From the human T2T-CHM13v2.0 reference genome, Homo sapiens: a stretch of DNA of 64,000 bases. Positions 43,501 to 57,109 of the stretch are shown here, piece after piece (the first letter of the stretch is position 1; each line of letters begins with the position of its first letter). The stretch is taken from assembly GCF_009914755.1 (NCBI RefSeq), contig NC_060948.1; one strand, 5' to 3'. Made by a program: the position numbers and the translations under genes. Below the pieces are notes generated by a model. The model was not told where the DNA came from, did no database searches, and saw nothing but the letters and a program-made list of their open reading frames with translations.

Positions 43501-46042
43501 AATGGAATGGACTGGAATGGAAAGGACTCGAATGAAATGGACCGCATTAGAATGGACTCGAATGGAACGGATTGGTGTGGAATGGTCTCGAATGGATGGG
43601 AAACGAATGGAATGGAAAAGAATAGAATGGAATGTAATCAAATGGAACGAAATGGAATGGAATGGATTCGACTGGAACAGAATTGAATGGAGTGGAATTG
43701 AATACAATGGAATGCAATCGAATGGAATGGACACGAATGGAATAGAATGAAATGAAATAGCATAGAATGGAATGGAATGGAATGGAATGGAATGGCATGG
43801 AATGGAATGGAGTGAAATGGATTGGAATGGGATGGGCCCAAAGTAATGGACTAAAATAAAAGAGACTCAAATAGAATGAATTGTAAAGAAACGGTCTCGA
43901 ATGTAATTTATTCGAATAGAATGATATTGAATGGAATGCAATAGTATGGAATGGTATCGAATAGAATGGAATGGAATGGAACTTAATGGAGTGCATTTGA
44001 ACGGACTCAAATGCAATAAATTGCACTATAATTGATTCAAATGGAATGGAATCGAATAGAATGTAAACAAATGGAATGGAAGGCAATGCAATGGAAAGGA
44101 ATCGAATGAAATGGAATAAATGGGATGGAATCGAATGGAAAGGACGCGAATATAATGGAGTGTTAAGGAAAGGTCTCGAATCGAATTCATTCCAATAGAA
44201 TGGAATCGAATGGAATGCAATACTATTGAATCAAATCGAATGGAATGGAATTGAATGGAATGGACAGGAATGGAATGAACTGGAAGTGAATGGACAAGAA
44301 CATAATATATTGCAATGTAATTTATTCAAATGGAATGGAATGCAATAGAATGGAATGGACGCGATTGCAATGGACTGGAGTGGAATGGACTGCAATGGAA
44401 TTTAAACGAATATAATGCAATGGAACGGAAAGCAAAGGAATCTACCGGAATGGAATCGAACGGAACAGAAAGGAATGGAATGGAATGGAGTGGAATGGAC
44501 TCGAATGGAATGTATTCAAATGTAATGGACCGGAAAGGAATGGAATCCAAAGGAATGGAATTGAATGGAATCAAAAGGAATAGAAAGGAATAGAGTGTAA
44601 TTGAATGATATCGAATGGAAGGGAATGGAATGAAGTCGAATGGAATGCACTGGAATGGAATGGACTCAATCAGAACGGACTGGAGAGGAATGTACACAAA
44701 TGGAATGGAAACGAATGGAATGGAATGAAATGGAATGGAATGCAATGGAATTGAAAGGAACGGAATCAAAAGGAATGGAATGGAATGGATTGGAATAGAA
44801 TGGATTCAAATAAAATAGAATCGATTGGAATGGTATTGAATGGAAGGGACTTGAATGGAATGGAAAGCAATGGAAGATATTGGAATCGAATGGCATCGAA
44901 TGAAATGGAATGGAACGGAATGGAACGGACCCGAATGGAATGGAATGGACTCAAATGTAATGGACTCGAATGGAATCGAATGAAATATAATAGACTCGAA
45001 AGGAATGGCCTCGAGCGGAATTTATTTGAATAGAATGGAATCAAATGGAATAGAATAGTATTGAATGGAATCGAATGGAATGGAATCGAATGGAATGTAA
45101 TCAAATAGAATGGAATGGAATTCAATATAATGGAGTAGAATGGAATGCATTGGAAAGGAGCAGAGTGGAATCGAGTGGATTGGAATCGAGTGGAATGGAA
45201 TCAAAGGGAACGAAATGGAATTGAATGGACTTGAATGGAATTGAGTCGAAAGGAATTGACTCGAAAGGAACGGACTGGAAGGAAAAGGAATCAAATGGAC
45301 AGGAATGGAATGGAATGGACTCGAATGGATTGGAGTCAAATGCAAACGCATCGAATGGAATGGATTCAAATGGAATGCAATTGAATGGAATAGAAAGGAA
45401 GAGAATGGAATTGAGAGTAATGGAAAGATATCGATTGGAATGAAATGGAATGGAAAGGAAGTGAATGGAAAGGAATGGACTCGAAAGAAATGGATTGGAA
45501 TGGAATGGTCTCCAATGGAATGGACTGGAGTGGAATGGAATCGAATGGAATGAAAAGAATGGAACGGAATGGAACGTAAAGGAATAGAATGTTATGGAAT
45601 CCGATTGGACAGAATGGAATGGAATGGAGTTTCATAAAATGGAGTCGAATAGATTGGCATCAAAAGGAATGGAATGGAATGGAGTGGACTCAAAAGGAAT
45701 GGACTCCAAAGGAATGGAGTCGAAGCAAATTGAATCAAATGGATTGGAGTCGAACAGAATGGAATGGAATGGAATGAACTCGACTGGAGTAGAGAGGAAT
45801 GTAAAGGAATAGAATGGAATGTAATCAAATGGATTGCAAGTGAATGGAATCAAAAATAATAGAAAGGAATGGAGTGTAAAGGGATGATATGGAATAAAAT
45901 GGAATGGAATGGAATTTAATGGAATGGAGTCGAAGGAATGGACAGGAATGTAATGGACTCCAATGGAATGGAATGGATCAAAATGGATTTGAACAGATTG
46001 GAATCGAACGGAATGGAATGCAATGGAATGGAATGGACTCGA
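40513..46042 (+). repeat. Long higher-order unit L6 (5530 bp)
   Basis: PstI at 40812 and next at 46342; shares A-type variants with L4 (GGAAGGGAGTC ~41624, TCGAATTCATTCC 44181). Confidence 0.9.
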
Positions 46043-49000
46043 AAGGAGAAGAGACAAATGGAATGGAAACGAATTCAATGGAATTGAAAAGAATAGAATG
46101 GAATGGCCTGTAATGGTAAGATACTAAATGGAATGGAATTGAATGGAATGGAATGGAATGGACCCAAATGTAATGCACTCGAATGGAATATACTCAAATA
46201 GAATGGAATCGAAAGGAAAGGTCTCAAATGGAATTTATTCAATACAATGGAATCGAATGGAATGCAATAGAATGGAAAGGAATCGAATGTAATGGAATCA
46301 AATAGAATGGACCAGAATGGAATGGACTGCCATAGAACGGACTGCAGTTTAATGGATTGAATTCTAATTCATTCAAATGGAATGGAATTGAATGGAATGG
46401 AATCCAATGGAATGGATAGGATTGTACTGGAATGGAATAGCATGGAATACAACGGAGTGGAATGGAGTTGAATGAAGTGGAATGGAATCGATTGGAATGG
46501 AATCAAATGGAATGGACGGGAATGGAATGGACTGGAAGAGAACAGACTCGAATATAATGGATTGCAATGTAATTGATTCAAATGGAATGGAATCGAATGG
46601 AATGTAATAAAATTGAAGGGACTGGAGTTCAATGCAATGGAATAGAATGGAATGCAAAGGAAACGAAAGGCACGGAGTGAAATCGAGTGTAATGGAATCG
46701 AATGGAATGAAATGGAATGGAATGGACTCAAAAGAAATGGACGAGGGACAAAACGGAATCGAACTGATTGGAATCGAATGGAACGGAATGGAATGGAATG
46801 GACTCCATTGGATGGGAGTAGAACGGATTGGAATGAAATGGAATGGAAAGGAATAGAATGGAATGGAATGGAATGGAAGATAACGGAAAGATATCGAACG
46901 GATTGGAAAGGAATGGAATGGACGCTAATGGAATGGAATGGAACTCAAGAGAAACGAATGGAATGGACTGGAGTGAAATGGAGTCGAATGTAATTGACTG
47001 GAGAGGGATGGACTCGAAAGGAATGGACTCGAATAGAATGGACTGGAATGGATTGTACTCGAATGGAGTGGAAAGGAATAAAATGGATTCCACCAGATTG
47101 GAATGGAACAGAATGTAATGGAATGGAATGGAATGCAATGGAATGGCTCGAGTGGAATGGAGCCGAATGCAATGGAAGAGAAAGGAAAGGAATTGAATGG
47201 AATTGAAAGTAATAGAATTAAAAGGAGTGCAAAGGAAAGATATGGAATGGAATGGATCGAAAAGAAATAGAATGGAATGGACAGGAATGGAATGGAATAG
47301 AATGGAATAGACTGGCGTGCAATTAAAACGAATGGAATGGAAACGAATGGAATGGAATGGAAAGGAATGGAGTAGAATAAATACTATGGAATGGAATGGA
47401 ATGGAATGGAATGGAATGGAATGGAATGGAGGCGAAAGGAAAACAATGGAGTGGAATGTCACCGAATGGAATGATATGGAATGGAAAGGAATGGATACGA
47501 ATGGAATGGAATAGAAAGGAACGGAAAGGTAAAGAATGGAATGGAATCGGACAGAATGGAATGTAATGTAATGGAGTCGAATGGAAAATAATCGAGTAGA
47601 ATGATATCGAATGGAATGGAATTTTTGGAATGGAATGGAATGGAATGGACTCGAATGGCATGTACTCAAATGGATTAGAATAGAATGGAATGGAACTAAA
47701 CGTAATGAACTCGAATGAATGGACACAAATAGAATGGAAGAGAAAGAAATGGTATTGAACGGATTTTATTCGAATAGAATGGAATTCAATGGAATGCAAC
47801 AGTGTGGCATGGAATCAAATGGAATGGAATCGAATGGAATGGACCCGAGTGGAATGGACTCACATAGAACAGCCTCGAATGTAATGGATGACAATGTATT
47901 AGATTCGAAAGGACTGAAATCGAATGGAATGTAATCAAATAGAACGGAATTGAATGCATGGAATGGCATAGAAAGTAATGCAATGGAATGGAATAGACTG
48001 GAAAGGAATGGAATCGGATGGAATGTAATGAAATGTAATGGAAGGAATGCTATGGAATGGAATGGAATGGAATACAATGGGACAGTGTATAATGGAGTGC
48101 AATGGATTTAAGTGGAATATAGTCAAAAGGAATGAAATAGAATGGAATTCAATATAATGGAATGGCATCCAATGGCAAGGAATGGAGCGGACTCCAATGG
48201 AAACGACATGAAAGGAATATAGTATAATGGAATGGCATTGAACGAAATGGAATGCAATGGAGTTAAAAGGTAAAATATCGAATGGAAAAGAATTGAATGG
48301 ACTCGAATGGAATATAATGGAATGGAATGGACTCGAATGGAATGTACTAGAGTTGAATGGAATCGAATGGAATGGAAAACAATGGAAAGGAAAGGAAGGG
48401 AATTGAAAGGAAAGGAATAGAATGGAATGGAATCGGATGGAACAGAATTGAATGGAATGGAAACTAAAGGAATAGAATAGAAAGGAATGGCATTGAATGG
48501 AATAGAAATGAATGGAATCAGATGGAACAGAAAGGAATGGAATAGAATCGAATGGAATGGCATCGAATGGATTGGAATGGAATGTAATGGAATGGAATAG
48601 AAAGGAATGGAATGGACTCAAATGGAATGTACTCAAATGGAATAGAATAGAATGGAATGGAAGTAAATATAATGGACTCGAGTGGAATGGATTGGAATAA
48701 ATTGGAATTGAATATATTGGATTTGAATGGAAAGGAATGGAATGGAATGGAATGGAATGGAATGGAATGGAATGGATTCGAATGGAATGGAACGAATTGG
48801 AATGTAATTGAATGGAGTCGAAAACAGTAGAAAGAAAAGAAGTTTAATCAAATGATATCGAATGGAATTGAATGGAATGTACGTGAATGGAATGGACTGG
48901 AATGGAATGGAATGACATGTAATGGGAACAAAAGGAATGGAATCGAATGAAATGGAATTGAATGGAATAGAAAGGAATAGAATGAAATGGAGTTTAATGG

Positions 49001-51582
49001 AAAGATATTAAAAGTAATGGAATGGAATTGAGTGGACACAAATGGAATGGACTGGAATGGAAAGGACTCGAATGAAATGGACCGCATTAGAATGGACTCG
49101 AATGGAACGGATTGGTGTGGAATGGTCTCGAATGGATGGGAAACGAATGGAATGGAAAAGAATAGAATGGAATGTAATCAAATGGAACGAAATGGAATGG
49201 AATGGATTCGACTGGAACAGAATTGAATGGAGTGGAATTGAATACAATGGAATGCAATCGAATGGAATGGACACGAATGGAATAGAATGAAATGAAATAG
49301 CATAGAATGGAATGGAATGGAATGGAATGGAATGGCATGGAATGGAATGGAGTGAAATGGATTGGAATGGGATGGGCCCAAAGTAATGGACTAAAATAAA
49401 AGAGACTCAAATAGAATGAATTGTAAAGAAACGGTCTCGAATGTAATTTATTCGAATAGAATGATATTGAATGGAATGCAATAGTATGGAATGGTATCGA
49501 ATAGAATGGAATGGAATGGAACTTAATGGAGTGCATTTGAACGGACTCAAATGCAATAAATTGCACTATAATTGATTCAAATGGAATGGAATCGAATAGA
49601 ATGTAAACAAATGGAATGGAAGGCAATGCAATGGAAAGGAATCGAATGAAATGGAATAAATGGGATGGAATCGAATGGAAAGGACGCGAATATAATGGAG
49701 TGTTAAGGAAAGGTCTCGAATCGAATTTATTCCAATAGAATGGAATCGAATGGAATGCAATACTATTGAATCAAATCGAATGGAATGGAATTGAATGGAA
49801 TGGACAGGAATGGAATGAACTGGAAGTGAATGGACAAGAACATAATATATTGCAATGTAATTTATTCAAATGGAATGGAATGCAATAGAATGGAATGGAC
49901 GCGATTGCAATGGACTGGAGTGGAATGGACTGCAATGGAATTTAAACGAATATAATGCAATGGAACGGAAAGCAAAGGAATCTACCGGAATGGAATCGAA
50001 CGGAACAGAAAGGAATGGAATGGAATGGAGTGGAATGGACTCGAATGGAATGTATTCAAATGTAATGGACCGGAAAGGAATGGAATCCAAAGGAATGGAA
50101 TTGAATGGAATCAAAAGGAATAGAAAGGAATAGAGTGTAATTGAATGATATCGAATGGAAGGGAATGGAATGAAGTCGAATGGAATGCACTGGAATGGAA
50201 TGGACTCAATCAGAACGGACTGGAGAGGAATGTACACAAATGGAATGGAAACGAATGGAATGGAATGAAATGGAATGGAATGCAATGGAATTGAAAGGAA
50301 CGGAATCAAAAGGAATGGAATGGAATGGATTGGAATAGAATGGATTCAAATAAAATAGAATCGATTGGAATGGTATTGAATGGAAGGGACTTGAATGGAA
50401 TGGAAAGCAATGGAAGATATTGGAATCGAATGGCATCGAATGAAATGGAATGGAACGGAATGGAACGGACCCGAATGGAATGGAATGGACTCAAATGTAA
50501 TGGACTCGAATGGAATCGAATGAAATATAATAGACTCGAAAGGAATGGCCTCGAGCGGAATTTATTTGAATAGAATGGAATCAAATGGAATAGAATAGTA
50601 TTGAATGGAATCGAATGGAATGGAATCGAATGGAATGTAATCAAATAGAATGGAACGGAATTCAATATAATGGAGTAGAATGGAATGCATTGGAAAGGAG
50701 CAGAGTGGAATCGAGTGGATTGGAATCGAGTGGAATGGAATCAAAGGGAACGAAATGGAATTGAATGGACTTGAATGGAATTGAGTCGAAAGGAATTGAC
50801 TCGAAAGGAACGGACTGGAAGGAAAAGGAATCAAATGGACAGGAATGGAATGGAATGGACTCGAATGGATTGGAGTCAAATGCAAACGCATCGAATGGAA
50901 TGGATTCAAATGGAATGCAATTGAATGGAATAGAAAGGAAGAGAATGGAATTGAGAGTAATGGAAAGATATCGATTGGAATGAAATGGAATGGAAAGGAA
51001 GTGAATGGAAAGGAATGGACTCGAAAGAAATGGATTGGAATGGAATGGTCTCCAATGGAATGGACTGGAGTGGAATGGAATCGAATGGAATGAAAAGAAT
51101 GGAACGGAATGGAACGTAAAGGAATAGAATGTTATGGAATCCGATTGGACAGAATGGAATGGAATGGAGTTTCATAAAATGGAGTCGAATAGATTGGCAT
51201 CAAAAGGAATGGAATGGAATGGAGTGGACTCAAAAGGAATGGACTCCAAAGGAATGGAGTCGAAGCAAATTGAATCAAATGGATTGGAGTCGAACAGAAT
51301 GGAATGGAATGGAATGAACTCGACTGGAGTAGAGAGGAATGTAAAGGAATAGAATGGAATGTAATCAAATGGATTGCAAGTGAATGGAATCAAAAATAAT
51401 AGAAAGGAATGGAGTGTAAAGGGATGATATGGAATAAAATGGAATGGAATGGAATTTAATGGAATGGAGTCGAAGGAATGGACAGGAATGTAATGGACTC
51501 CAATGGAATGGAATGGATCAAAATGGATTTGAACAGATTGGAATCGAACGGAATGGAATGCAATGGAATGGAATGGACTCGA
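46043..51582 (+). repeat. Long higher-order unit L7 (5540 bp)
   Basis: PstI at 46342 and next at 51882; shares B-type variants with L5. Confidence 0.9.
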
Positions 51583-54500
51583 AAGGAGAAGAGACAAATG
51601 GAATGGAAACGAATTCAATGGAATTGAAAAGAATAGAATGGAATGGCCTGTAATGGTAAGATACTAAATGGAATGGAATTGAATGGAATGGAATGGAATG
51701 GACCCAAATGTAATGCACTCGAATGGAATATACTCAAATAGAATGGAATCGAAAGGAAAGGTCTCAAATGGAATTTATTCAATACAATGGAATCGAATGG
51801 AATGCAATAGAATGGAAAGGAATCGAATGTAATGGAATCAAATAGAATGGACCAGAATGGAATGGACTGCCATAGAACGGACTGCAGTTTAATGGATTGA
51901 ATTCTAATTCATTCAAATGGAATGGAATTGAATGGAATGGAATCCAATGGAATGGATAGGATTGTACTGGAATGGAATAGCATGGAATACAACGGAGTGG
52001 AATGGAGTTGAATGAAGTGGAATGGAATCGATTGGAATGGAATCAAATGGAATGGACGGGAATGGAATGGACTGGAAGAGAACAGACTCGAATATAATGG
52101 ATTGCAATGTAATTGATTCAAATGGAATGGAATCGAATGGAATGTAATAAAATTGAAGGGACTGGAGTTCAATGCAATGGAATAGAATGGAATGCAAAGG
52201 AAACGAAAGGCACGGAGTGAAATCGAGTGTAATGGAATCGAATGGAATGAAATGGAATGGAATGGACTCAAAAGAAATGGACGAGGGACAAAACGGAATC
52301 GAACTGATTGGAATCGAATGGAACGGAATGGAATGGAATGGACTCCATTGGATGGGAGTAGAACGGATTGGAATGAAATGGAATGGAAAGGAATAGAATG
52401 GAATGGAATGGAATGGAAGATAACGGAAAGATATCGAACGGATTGGAAAGGAATGGAATGGACGCTAATGGAATGGAATGGAACTCAAGAGAAACGAATG
52501 GAATGGACTGGAGTGAAATGGAGTCGAATGTAATTGACTGGAGAGGGATGGACTCGAAAGGAATGGACTCGAATAGAATGGACTGGAATGGATTGTACGC
52601 GAATGGAGTGGAAAGGAATAAAATGGATTCCACCAGATTGGAATGGAACAGAATGTAATGGAATGGAATGGAATGCAATGGAATGGCTCGAGTGGAATGG
52701 AGCCGAATGCAATGGAAGAGAAAGGAAAGGAATTGAATGGAATTGAAAGTAATAGAATTAAAAGGAGTGCAAAGGAAAGATATCGAATGGAATGGATCGA
52801 AAAGAAATAGAATGGAATGGACATGAATGGAATGGAATAGAATGGAATAGAATGGCGTGCAATGAAAACGAATGGAATGTAAACGAATGGAATGGAATGG
52901 AAAGGAATGGAGTAGAATAAATACTATGGAATGGAATGGAATGTAATGGAATGGAGGCAAAAGGAAAAGAATGGATTGGAATGTCACCGAATGGAAAGAT
53001 ATGGAATGGAAAGGAATGGATACGAATGGAATGGAATAGAAAGGAACGGAAAGGTAAAGAATGCAATGGAATCGGACAGAATGGAATGCAATGTAATGGA
53101 GTCGAATGGAAAATAATCGAGTAGAATGATATCGAATGGAATGGAATTTAATGGAACGGAATGGAATGGAATGGACTCGAATGGCATGTACTCAAATGGA
53201 TTAGAATAGAATGGAATGGAACTAAACGTAATGAACTCGAATGGAATGGACACAAATAGAATGGAAGAGAAAGAAATGGTATTGAATGGAATTTATTCGA
53301 ATAGAATGGAATTCAATGGAATGCAACAGTGTGGCATGGAATCAAATGGAATGGAATCGAATGGAATGGACCCGAGTGGAATGGACTCACATAGAACAGC
53401 CTCGAATGTAATGGATTACAATGTATTAGATTCGAAAGGACTGAAATCGTATGAATGTAATCAAATAGAACGGAATTGAATGCATGGAATGGCATAGAAA
53501 GTAATGCAATGGAATGGAATAGACTGGAATGGAATGGAATCGGATGGAATGTAATGAAATGTAATGGAAGGAATGCTATGGAATGGAATGGAATGGAATA
53601 CAATGGGACGGTGTATAATGGAGTGCAATGGATTTCAGTGGAATGTAGTCAAAAGGAATGAAATAGAATGGAATTCAATATAATGGAATGGCATCCAATG
53701 GCAAGGAATGGAGCGGACTCCAATGGAAACGACATGAAAGGAATATAATATAATGGAATGGCATTGAAAGAAATGGAATGCAATGGAGTTAAAAGGTAAA
53801 ATATCGAATGGAAAAGAATTGAATAGACTCGAATGGAATATAATGGAATGGAATGGACTGGAATGGAATGTACTAGAGTTGAATGGAATCGAATGGAATG
53901 GAAAACAATGGAAAGGAAAGGAAGGGAATTGAAAGGAATGGAATAGAATGGAATGGAATCGGATGGAACAGAATTGAATGGAATGGAAACTAAAGGAATA
54001 GAATAGAAGGGAATGGCATTGAATGGAATAGAAATGAATGGAATCAGATGGAACAGAAAGGAATGGAATAGAATCGAATGGAATGGCATCGAATGGATTG
54101 GAATGTAATGTAATGGAATGGAATGGAAAGGAATGGAATGGAGTCAAATGGAATGTACTCAAATGGAATAGAATAGAATGGAATGGAAGTAAATATAATG
54201 GACTCGAGTGGAATGGATTGGAATAAATTGGAATTGAATGTATTGGATTTGAAAGGAATGGAATGGAATGGAATGGAATGGAATGGAATGGATTCGAATG
54301 GAATGGAACGAATTGGAATGTAATTGAATGGAGTGGAAAACAGTAGAAAGAAAAGAAGTTTTATCGAATGATATCGAATGGAATTGAATGGAATGTACGC
54401 GAATGGAATGGACTGGAATGGAATGGAATGACATGTAATGGAATCGAAAGGAATGGAATAGAATGAAATGGAATTGAATGGAATAGAAAGGAATAGAAAG

Positions 54501-57109
54501 GAATGGAGTTTAATGGAAAGATATTAAAAGTAATGGAATGGAATTGAGTGGACACGAATGGAATGGACTGGAATGGAAATGACTCGACTGAAATGGACCG
54601 CATTAGAATGGACTCGAATGGAACGGATTGGTGTGGAATGGTCTCGAATGGATGGGAAACGAATGGAATGGAAAAGAATAGAATGGAATGTAATCAAATG
54701 GAACGAAATGGAATGGAATGGATTCGACTGGAACAGAATTGAATGGAGTGGAATTGAATACAATGGAATGCAATCGAATGGAATGGACACGAATGGAATA
54801 GAATGAAATGAAATGGCATAGAATGGAATGGAATGGAATGGAATGGAATGGCATGGAATGGAATGGAATGGAATGGAATGGAATGGAATGAAATGGATTG
54901 GAATGGGATGGGCCCAAAAGTAATGGACTAAAATAAAAGGGACTCAAATAGAATGAATTGTAAAGAAACGATCTCGAATGTAATTTATTCGAATCGAATG
55001 ATATTGAATGGAATGCAATAGTATGGAATGGTATCGAATAGAATGGAATGGAATGGAACGGAATGGAGTGCATTTGAACGGACTCAAATGCAATAAATGG
55101 CAATATAATTGATTCAAATGGAATGGAATCGAATAGAATGTAAACAAATGGAATGGAAGGCAATGCAATGGAAAGGAATCGAATGAAATGGAATAAATGG
55201 GATGGAATCGAATGGAAAGGACGCGAATATAATGGACTGTTAAGGAAAGGTCTCGAATCGAATTTATTCCAATAGAATGGAATCGAATGGAATGCAATAC
55301 TATTGAATCAAATCGAATGGAATGGAATTGAATGGAATGGACAGGAATGGAATGAACTGGAAGTGAATGGACAAGAACATAATATATTGCAATGTAATTT
55401 ATTCAAATGGAATGGAATGCAATAGAATGGAATGGACGCGATTGCAATGGACTGGAGTGGAATGGACTGCAATGGAATTTAAACGAATATAATGGAATGG
55501 AACGGAAAGCAAAGGAATCTACCGGAATGGAATCGAACGGAACAGAAAGGAAAGGAATGGAATGGAGTGGAATGGACTCGAATGGAATGTATTCGAATGT
55601 AATGGACCGGAAAGGAATGGAATCCAAAGGAATGGAATTGAATGGAATCAAAAGGAATAGAAAGGAATAGAGTGTAATTGAATGATATCGAATGGAAGGG
55701 AATGGAATGAAGTCGAATGGAATGCACTGGAATGGAATGGACTCAATCAGAACGGACTGGAGAGGAATGTACACAAATGGAATGGAAACGAATGGAATGG
55801 AATGAAATGGAATGGAATGCAATGGAATTGAAAGGAACGGAATCAAAAGGAATGGAATGGAATGGATTGGAATAGAATGGATTCAAATAAAATAGAATCG
55901 ATTGGAATGGTATTGAATGGAAGGGACTTGAATGGAATGGAAAGCAATGGAAGATATTGGAATCGAATGGCATCGAAAGAAATGGAATGGAACGGAATGG
56001 AACGGACCCGAATGGAATGGAATGGACTCAAATGTAATGGACTCGAATGGAATCGAATGAAATATAATAGACTCGAAAGGAATGGCCTCGAGCGGGAATT
56101 ATTTGAATAGAATGGAATTAAATGGAATGCAATAGTATGGAATGGAATCGAATGGAATGGAATCGAATGGAATGTAATCAAATGGAATGGAACGGAATTC
56201 AATATAATGGAGTAGAATGGAATGCATTGGAAAGGAGCAGAGTGGAATCTAGTGGATTGGAATCGAGTGGAATGGAATCACAGGGAACGAAATCGAATTG
56301 AATGGACTTGAATGGAATTGAGTCGAAAGGAATTGACTCGAAAGGAATGGACTGCAACAAAAAGGAATCAAATGGACAGGAATGGAATGGAATGGACTCG
56401 AATGGAATGGAGTCAAATGCAAACGCATCGAATGGAATGGATTCAAATGGAATGCAATTGAATGGAAAAGAAAGGAAGAGAATGGAATTGAGAGTAATGG
56501 AAAGATATCGATTGGAATGAAATGGAATGGAAAGGAATTGAATGGAAAGGAATGGACTCGAAAGAAATGGATTGGAATGGAATGGTCTCCAATGGAATGG
56601 ACTGGAGTGGAATGGAATCGAATGGAATGAAAAGAATGGAACGGAATGCAACGGAAAGGAATAGAATGTTATGGAATCCGATTGGACAGAATGGAATGGA
56701 ATGCAGTTTCATGAAATGGAGTCGAATAGAGTGGCATCAAAAGGAATGGAATGGAGTGGACTCAAGAAGAATGGACTCGAAAGGAATGGAGTCGAACAAA
56801 ATTGAAACAAATGGATTGGAGTCGAACAGAATGGAATGGAATGAACTCGACTGGAGTAGAGAGGAATGAAAAGGAATAGAATGGAATGTAATCAAATGGA
56901 TTGCAAGTGAATGGAATCAAAAATAATAGAAAGGAATGGAGTGTAAAGGGATGATATTGAATTAAATGGAATGGAATGGAATTTAATGGAATGGAGTCGA
57001 AGGAATGGACAGGAATGTAATGGATTCCAATGGAATGGAATGGATCAAAATGGATTTGAACAGATTGGAATCAAACGGAATGGAATGCAATGAAATGGAA
57101 TGGACTCGA
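51583..57109 (+). repeat. Long higher-order unit L8 (5527 bp); its last 1.36 kb is the first copy of short array 2
   Basis: PstI at 51882. The first ~1.1 kb is L5/L7-like and the rest is more diverged. At 57110 the sequence re-enters TCAGAACGG. Confidence 0.88.

Larger units (their letters stand above)
30420..52780 (+). repeat. Recently homogenised ~22-kb block of four long units with an 11,070-bp dimer period
   Basis: Shared private variants (AATTAAAACG, GGAATTTTTGG, AACTCGAATGAATGG, GGGCCCAAAG, CAGTTT, GGCCTG, GAACTCAAGA) and near-identical ORF translations. Alternating SNVs recur at exactly +11070 (33111/44181; 38651/49721). Boundaries are approximate. Confidence 0.85.

Noticed and set aside
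29453-51582. L4-L7 lengths are all multiples of 10 bp, suggesting helical phasing
   Set aside because: The four units descend from one recent ancestor, so they are not independent. The other units (5592, 5558, 5557, 5527 bp) do not follow the pattern.
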